Origin: Hyaloraphidium curvatum SAG 235-1
Lineage: Eukaryota; Fungi; Monoblepharomycota
Length of the DNA stretch: 64,000 nucleotides
NCBI GenBank assembly: GCA_025558095.1
Contig: JAIVFI010000011.1
Location: forward strand, 1-64,000
Direction of reading: 5' to 3'
Shown here: piece after piece, positions 56,340-64,000 of the stretch
Layout: each line of letters opens with the position of its first letter
How positions within the stretch are numbered: position 1 is the stretch's first letter
The notes under the pieces: model-generated
What the model was told of the DNA's origin: nothing
Databases searched by the model: none
The model's input: only the letters and a program-made list of their open reading frames with translations
Translations under genes and position numbers: made by a program

Positions 56340-57308
56340 CGTCACCCGACCTAGGGAGATGGATGCCGGCGAGCGGCGGGCTGGCGGAGCTCCGATAACG
56401 GCGGGGGCCTTGGCTGCGGTGGCAGATGCAACGAGCTTGATCAGCCGCCTGTTTATTTCGGGCTCGTCCGGGCCCTGTTTGAGAAGCGGCATCACACCCG
56501 TCGAGAGCGGGCGAAGCATGAGTACGGCTTTCATAGGCCTCTCTGGAGGTGGTGCATCGGTTCGGGAGGCGGGATTCGTCCGCGAGGTGCGTTCCAGGCC
56601 TTGCGTGCCGCGGCTCCCGTTCGCATGGCCACCGATAGCTCAGGACGTGGGAAAGAAGTGCCTCTTTAATGCAGCAGCACATCCTATGAAATAGATTTAC
56701 GGGACCTAATCTGCTCTTGACCGCACTAGGCGCATTCTGTCAAGCATTCGAGGGCCGAGACGGCCAACCATCATCCGAGGTCGGTAGCTTGCTCGTTGGG
56801 CAGCGCCCTTCATCATCAGGTGCTATAGATTGCGTTCATGTGCTCCTCTTCTTCCGCACCCGATTGACTTACATCACCTCTGGGGCCAGTGGGTCACCGA
56901 GCTCCTTGCTTGCGGGTCTCGACACGCCATCCTCCCAGCAAGCCCGTCCCCACTAGTGGGTCAAGTCCGGGTTGCCCGCTCAACGCTTGGATCTGCGTTT
57001 TTTGGCCCGAGGACAGCGACGAGCCCGTCTTCGGTTAACCCGCATCCGGCTTCGGAATCCGCGTCCCCGCCTCCGCCTCGCAAGCAGCGAAAACCCCATC
57101 GCGGCCATCTTCGGCTCCGAGGACGCCATCGGACTGGTGGGATGTGGCTCTTTTCTCTAGGCCCCGCTCCTGCGTGAAGTGCGGCGCGGATTAGCTGGTG
57201 GCTTTCTGGATGGGATCCAAGGCTAGCGCGCAATGCTTCTCGGGGTAGCAGGGCCGAATATATCCTTCGCACGAGCATACAGAAACGTCAAATAGCCGCC
57301 AGCGCGCG

Positions 57309-60300
57309 TCAATCGTACTTGAACGTGATCTGGAACCATATCTTGGCCCCCGTCGGCCTCGCCTGGTTCGGCCCGGCCGGATGCAGCAGGTCCAGCGCCG
57401 TCTCGAAGACCGAGATGGTGCCCTTGCCCGGCGGCGCCGACTGGTCGATGGTGTTGCGGCGGGTGTGGTCCGCGTGCAGGGCGCGGAAGTCGACGGTGCA
57501 TATGCCGACCTCGGGGTCCTTGCGGAGGGCTGCGGGGAGCTTCGGTGAGCGGGCAGGGGAAACACAAGTGGGGTCGCGGGCCCACCGTAGTCGTGGTAGA
57601 CGACGCAGGTGTAGACGGGTGCGTCGCCCTCCTTGAGCTCCGCGCGCATCTGCGCGCCGTTGCCGAACTCCGGGTTCGCGTTCTTCTTGATCGTGTCCGT
57701 GCGTAGAATCTGGTGCCGATCGGGCCCGTACATCTTGACATAGGACGAGATGGGCTGGTCCGGCTCCGGGCCTTTGAGGTCCCTCGCATTCTTGACCTGC
57801 GGGCGGGGGCGTCGGCGGCGATCGGCAACACTCCGCGAATGGGCCCACCCTGAGAGTCACGCTGCCGGCCGGCATGAGCTTCTTAACCATCTCCGCCTTG
57901 GAAAGGCCCGAAGACGTCGACGCGGGGGGGCTTGCGTTGCCATCTGCCGCAGGCGCCGCCGCCGCTTGCGGAGCATCCGGGATCTCGGAAAGGACCCGCG
58001 AGACCTGGGGTGATTCGCCCTGGGACGGCTTGCGCACGTGAAGCAGATTTTCCAGCTTGCCTGCGGCGTGAGAAGGGGTCAGGTCGCGCACGCGCTAGGC
58101 ACAAGCAGATGACAAACTGAATGTGGCCTTGGCCTCTTCGTGAATCACCGCTCCCAGGGCCACTGGGGACAGAGCGATATGCGCAGCCATGTCCTTGACA
58201 AACGTGGTGGCACGGTTGTCCCGGTCCGTCTCATTGTCGAGGGAGGACGCCGACACGTTCCGCGAGACCGGCTTAAGCTCGTCCCCGTCCCCGTCCCCGT
58301 CGGCGCCGACGGTCGCGGCATCCGGCTGCTCGTAAAAGTCCACGTCGGGCCACAGCCGCATGTCCGCGCCGACGATGTGGCCGACCTTGGACTTGGAAAA
58401 CAGCTTGGGCGGCATCTTGAGGGGCGTGAACTGGAACTGGACCCGCAGACGGCCGTTTTCGTCGCCCTGGAGGGGCCACCAGCTGCCGAAGGGCTCCAAC
58501 TGAGAAAAATCAGTTAGGCTTTTCACGCCCGCAAAGGGCCGGCCAGGACCCACAGTCGAGTCCAGCGCCTCCTTTAGGCTCACGACGCACTTGCCCACGG
58601 GGATCGACGCACCGGAGATCTCCATCGCGGAAGCCACTTTGAACATGAAGTACGCCTGGTCCACGTCGTCCACCAGCACCTGCGCGAGTTGCTGAAGAGG
58701 AAAAGGATCAGAGCGAGGAGAGCGTCCCGACCGGCATCATGAACGAACGTTCCAGACAGGGTTCCCGGCGGCCGACAGCCGTGCCGAGGTCCTGAACACT
58801 TCGACCTGCTCCTCCCAGTCCTTCGCGCCCTTGTTCACCCTCACGACCGACACAAACGGCTCGAAAGCGCCCGTCACGAGCGAGGTGACGGTGTTGGCCC
58901 CGGCCGACACGACGTTGATGGCCCCCTTGACCGCACCCGTGACGCCCTTGGCCAGCGCCCCCACGGCGGAGTTGTTCCCGCTCGATCCCGAGCTTTCCGA
59001 GCTCTGCTCGAATGTCGGCACCAGCGCAGTCTTGTCCTTCAGGTTCATGGCCTGGTGGATGGTGATGGTCACGAGGCCCGTCCGCACCGAGGCATCGGCC
59101 GTCTGGGCGTTCGGGTGGAGCTCCGGCATCTCGTGCTTGACCTCGTCGATCGAGAACCACCGCAGGATCATCTGCACCTGGGGCACGTCTCCCTCCTCGG
59201 CCCCCGCGCCGACCTTGAGCGTGTTGCTCGGGTCGATCAGCTTCTTGGAGAGCAGGTCCATCGTCGGCGGCAGGCCCCAGGCCTCCACCACGCGGCGGTC
59301 GAAGCTGTCGCCGGGCAGCGCCATGACCTCCTCCCGGGAGGCGTACTTCTTGCCGATGTCGATCCACTGGGACAGCCGGAGCTTGCGCGTCCGGAGCGGC
59401 TTGTGCATCGTGTGGTGCAGGTCCATGTCCTCGATCTCGATCCAGACCTCGTCGGAGCGCTCGTTGCGGTTGGCAAAGACCATCGCCGAGATCGGCACGT
59501 CCTCGACATAGTCCCACAGCGGCGCCGAGTTGTCCGGCTGGACCCCCGTCCGGAGCACGGTGCGCCCGCCGATCTTGAGAGAAGCGCGGTAGTCCCCCTT
59601 GCCGCGCAGGTTGACGGCGCTGATGAGGCGGCACCGGATGATGCCCAGGGCCATCTCGGGGTGGTCGGCGATGCTCGCGTCCTTGGGCTTGGCGATCCGG
59701 ATGGTGACGCCGAGGTCGCCCGTGGTGGGGTTGGGCTTGGAGAGCGCGCCGCGGATCGCGTTGTCGATCGCGCTGTTGATGGCGTCCTTGAGCACGGGGA
59801 GGGAAACGAGGTCCAGGGCCAGCAGGGGCCGGAGGGAAAAGTCGATGGTGCGGCGCGCCGCCGACGCGTCGGGCACGCAGATGTTGATAGAATGCAGGTG
59901 GGGGAACTGGGAGCTCAGCTGGATGGTGACGACGGCCTCGAACTCTTCGATTAGAACCTGCGACAGCTCGATGAGGACGGGGATCTGGGTTGACGAAGAT
60001 CAGCAACAGAATGAAACGGACGCGAGTTCCAGATTTCACCTTGACGTTCCCCCTCCCGAACCGGACCGCCATCACGATCCGGCACTCCCTGGGCGCCGGC
60101 ATCGGCGGGAACGTCTGCGGCTCGGCGGTCGTGTTGGGCTCGTACAGCGCGGCTGCGACGGCCTTCTTGCGCGACTCGAAGTAGGCCGCGCGGTCCGCGG
60201 CCGTGGGTGGGATGAAGGAAAGGACGGTCTGAAGTTTCTGTGGGATGCCAGAGAAAGCGGGTCAGAGGGACAGCATGACCCAAATCGAGGCCTTACGAAC

Positions 60301-61485
60301 GAGGATGTGAGGCCCGCCCTTGGACCAGGATCGAAAGTCCGTCACCCTCGGCGCCCGCGTCCCAAGGGTGCACTGCTCAATCTCGATTGAATGCAGCACG
60401 GCGGGCTTGAACTTTTTGAGGCTCTCGTTGAGGATGTCGACGATCTGCTGGCTCAGGTAGGGCTCGAAGGCCTGCCAATAGCGGTCCAGGGCGAAGTTGA
60501 GCCACTCGGCCGACTCGGCCATGCCCGTGTCCATGGCCGCGAGCCGCTTCTCTTCCGAGGCGCGGTACTTGATCCGCTTCTCCTCCAGGTTGAGCTCGCG
60601 CCGGTAGACGGGGACCACCGCAACAACGATGAGGATCACCGCCGCATAGGAAAGGCGGAAGTAGCCGGCGATGAAGACGAGGTTGACCACAATGAGGAGA
60701 AGCACCAATCGCCGGAAGAGGTGGAGCGGGCCGAGGTACTTTTCCAGCGGCCACGTGAGGCCCTGCGCCTCGAGGTCGCGGATCTCCCTGGCCGCCGCCG
60801 CCACGGCCTCGGGCGTCGTGGACGGCGGCAGCGGTTCGTCCCTCCCCTCGGCACGCAGCTCCGCCGCGACAGTTGCCACGTCCTCGGGGGCCATTCCGGG
60901 CACCGATTGCAGCTGGTCGACAATGGGGGATTCCGGCTTGGAAGAACCGGGCTCAAACTCCCCTGGAACGTGCCCATCCGACAGGGGCAGACCGTCCTCC
61001 GGCAGCGGTTCGTAAGGTGGTGCCGGCTCGGGGACCGCAGGGGCCGCAACCGCCGGCCTGGCCATCGGGATCGGCTTCGGAGCATCGGGGGAAGGTGCCC
61101 GATTCGGAAGCACGGAAGCCCCATCTGTGGCCGCTTCCTTTGAAGAGACGGCCAAGATATTGTCATTTCCGTTCGCCAGCGACGGAACAGACAAGGGCTC
61201 CGGGGGGCCGTCCGGCGGCGACAGGGTCACCGCGGGCGTCGCCGGCGACAGCGAGCTCATCGGAGATGGCGGTTCCGCGGGGGGCAAATCAACGACCGCA
61301 GCCTCCAGCGCGTCGGGCGCTATTCCAATAGCGTTCAAATCGGGCGAGGCGGCGGGCGACAGCGCCGGCGAGGGCGCCGTTGGCGCGGGCACGTCGAGTT
61401 CGGGGACCGCGAGCGCGTCGGCCGCCGCCAAAGCCGTGGTTCCCAGCGCCGCGAGGTCGGCGGCAAGCTGCTCGCCGTCCGACAT
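57309..61485 (-). CDS. Tricalbin/extended-synaptotagmin-like protein (TM hairpin, SMP and C2 domains), multi-exon
   Basis: FIAGYFRLSY hairpin, ESAEWLNFALDRYW, CTLGTRAPRV, VTITIHQAMNL, NPVWN, TIKKNANPEF. Confidence 0.88.
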
Positions 61486-61697
61486 CGCAGGCGACAGAAA
61501 CGGAGACACGGATTGCGATGGGTTTCCGCGTTTCGCCCTTGGATCGGGTCAGGTCCGCCTCAAGGGCTCTGATCCTCGGCCACCTCCTCCCGATCAGGGA
61601 CTGCACAGGGCCTCGTCGTCAAGATCATCTGCCTTCAGCAGCGTTCCATAGCTTACAGCGACCAACCGATCCCGATCCCGTCGCTCCCTCGCCCCCG

Positions 61698-62441
61698 CTA
61701 GCTCCGGAACACGGCCCAGGTACCGTCCCTCGCCATCTGCCAGCAGCACCACAGCCCGAACCCCGGGAACACGAGCCAGACACCGTTGGTCAGCAGCACG
61801 AGCCACTTGTTGGTCGCCCCGTGCCCTTCGTACCGCCGGTTCCCGAGGTACGAGGACCAGTAGACCAGCGTGCCGTAGAGCTCCTGCCAGAACACGCACG
61901 CGTTGAGCATGGCCGCCGCCCGCGCCGAGAGGCCGAAGGGGGCGGGCAGGTCAAAGGTCATGGAGAGGAGGAGGTGGATGGAGGGGAGGATGGTGGTGAA
62001 GCCGTTGCCGACGTCGACCCAGAAGCCGAAGGTCGTCTGGTCCGAGTAGCTGGAAACAAATGTTCAGCCTGACTGGAGAGGGCCGCCGGCTCGGCCGCAG
62101 CAAAGGACGACCCACCTCGGGTCGATGACCGAGTAGGTGCTCCACACCAGCGACCAGTACTCCATCCCCAGCGCGTCCCGCGCCGCGACGTGCTCAAAGA
62201 GGAACACCGGGCTCGGCAGCCTTTTGCCGAACTTGGCCTTGAACCCGGCGTACTCGCGGCGTATCCGCTCCCGCGAGATGTACAGCGTCATTTCCCACAG
62301 GCATATCAGCACGTTGATGCAGAGGAAGAGGGAGAGGGCGAGCTGCGCCGCATTGGTGCCGTGGAGGTTGCGGTGCGCGTTGGCGAGCGCGAGAAAGGGG
62401 GCGCCGACGTAGGCCGCGACGTAGAAGAAGGCGAGCACCAT
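61698..62441 (-). CDS. EBP/EXPERA-like membrane protein (2 exons)
   Basis: INVLICLWE, WSTYSVIDPSY..FGFWVDVGNG, WQELYGT..Y, TNGVWLVFP. Confidence 0.75.
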
Positions 62442-62868
62442 GGCGGCGGCTCGCAGGGGGGATTCCGGCGCAACGGAAGGCCGGTTGTTTGAGGCTCAAC
62501 CGGCAACGGTGGTCCCACTCGCCCAGCCCGGAAACAAACTCGGCCGACCATCCGGCAAAGCGTCGATTCCCTGCCATCTTGGCATGGACGGCGACTGTCT
62601 TCGAAGTGGAATCATCATGCCTGGATTGCTGCGCAGATGGAGGCGCTGTTGTCATCTTCCGAGAAGCTAGCGAGGCAGCTCTCCCATGCAGTCGCCTCGC
62701 AGCTCCCTGGCTGGGATTTTGTGGATGTTTGCATCTCCTTTCGATGCTAGCTGAGGTGTTTCGCGCTTGAAATACTGTGGCGACGGTTCCGCCGCGTCGT
62801 TGACTTGTCTCCCTTTTCCAACGCTCACCTAACAACCGCACGCCCATCTCGTCGACACAATCCACGCG

Positions 62869-64000
62869 ATGCCTTCGCTTCCTGCTGTTCCCACGGTCGA
62901 GCTCGGCCGCACGGGCGTGCGAGTGTGGGTCCGCCTTCCCTGCCCGTCGCGACGCTTTGTGACGTCTCCCTGGCGGACGACGCGTTCGGCCCCTCCCCTC
63001 GTCTTGGAACCAACCAAAGCTCCGCCCTGGGCTTTGGGGCCATGGGCCTCAGCGAGTTCTACGCGCCGGACCTCTCGCAGGAGGACCAGTTCATCGATTT
63101 GCTGGGCAAGTGCTCGCAATACGGAGTCACGTTCATCGATACGGCGGACATGGTCGGTCGGCTTCACGGTCGCGTTTCCGGTAGTCCTGACGCCCGGAAC
63201 AGTACGGCTCGGGGGCGAACGAGGAGCTCATCGCCAAGGCGATCAAGAAGTTCGGACGCGACAAGTGTTGGGTTCCGGGCTCCCGCGCCGCTGACACAAG
63301 CTGAACTCGCGGGCCCTCCAGTCTTCATCTCGACCAAGTTCGGCATCGTCCGCGACTTCGAGAAGCGCTCCGGCGCGCGGCTCGGCATCCGCGGCGACCC
63401 CGAGTACGTCCGCCAGGCCTGCGAGGCCAGCCTGAAGCGGCTCGGGGTCGAACAGATCGACCTGTACACGCAGCACCGCGTGGACCCCAAGACGCCGATC
63501 GAGGAGACGGTCAAGGCGATGAAGAAGCTGCAGGACGAGGGCAAGGTCAAGTACCTCGGGCTGTCCGAGGCGTCGGTCGAGACAATCAAGAGGGCGCACG
63601 CAGTTGCGCCCATCTCGGCGTTGCAATCCGAATACAGCTTGTGGGCGACCGACGTAGGCTCTTTTCTGATCTTCTCGACGACTTCTGACCAATCGACCCC
63701 AGACGGAGCCCCAGATCAAGCTCTGCGAGGACCTTGGCATCACCTTTGTCGCCTACTCCCCCCTCGGTCGCGGCTTCCTCTCGGGCGAGATTACCAAGCC
63801 CAGCGACCTCAAGGACGGCGACTTTCGCAAGTTCCTGCCCCGTTTCTCGGGCGACAGTTTTGCCAAGAACATTGATCTCGTGGTGCGTGTCTGCCTGCGA
63901 CGCGCCTCGAGCCTCTTCGATACCCGCCGTCCCCCAGAACAAGGTCAAGGAGGTCGCAAAGCGCAAGGGGTGCACCCCGTCGCAGCTGGCTCTGGCGTGG
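62869..64000 (+). CDS. Aldo-keto reductase (YakC/IN2-2-like), truncated by the window end
   Basis: [71 protein letters not shown]. Confidence 0.95.

Noticed and set aside
1-64000. tRNA/rRNA genes and a secondary-metabolite cluster
   Set aside because: No RNA gene recognised by eye; tailoring-type enzymes are present but there is no PKS, NRPS or terpene synthase backbone

Overview
This is a very GC-rich, gene-dense eukaryotic window with short GT-AG introns (about 37-70 nt, CTGAC/CTAAC branch points). Zn2Cys6 factors indicate a fungus; an early-diverging lineage such as the Monoblepharidomycete/chytrid grade is my inference only. Most long ORFs in the ORF track are GC-driven shadow frames. 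I reconstruct about 33 real or disrupted genes: Zn-cluster-type transcription factors, F-box proteins, four glycosyltransferases, SDR, two AKRs, two GFA proteins, BVMO, FMO, two SET proteins, WD40, DUF3445, tricalbin, EBP-like and others. The top finding is a 2108-bp gag-only LTR retroelement (1116-3223). It has identical 230-bp LTRs, a 5-bp TSD, a PPT and no pol, and its primer-binding site is complementary to its own predicted 5' end, as in Tf1-type tRNA-independent self-priming. Other highlights: (1) a head-to-head bacterial-type split ABC transporter pair (YbbM/FetB/STAR2-like permease plus YbbL/FetA/STAR1-like ATPase) whose shared promoter has a cluster of repeated CGTRGACC(A) motifs; (2) a relic second ATPase copy next to tandem GT14 genes; (3) a candidate 7TM ion-channel/GRL-like gene; (4) a protein with winged helix, two SWIRM domains and three Ahc1-like zinc fingers; (5) a large secreted protein with a hydrophobic, pore-former-like C-terminus. 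Family assignments come from motif recognition by eye and exon boundaries are manual.
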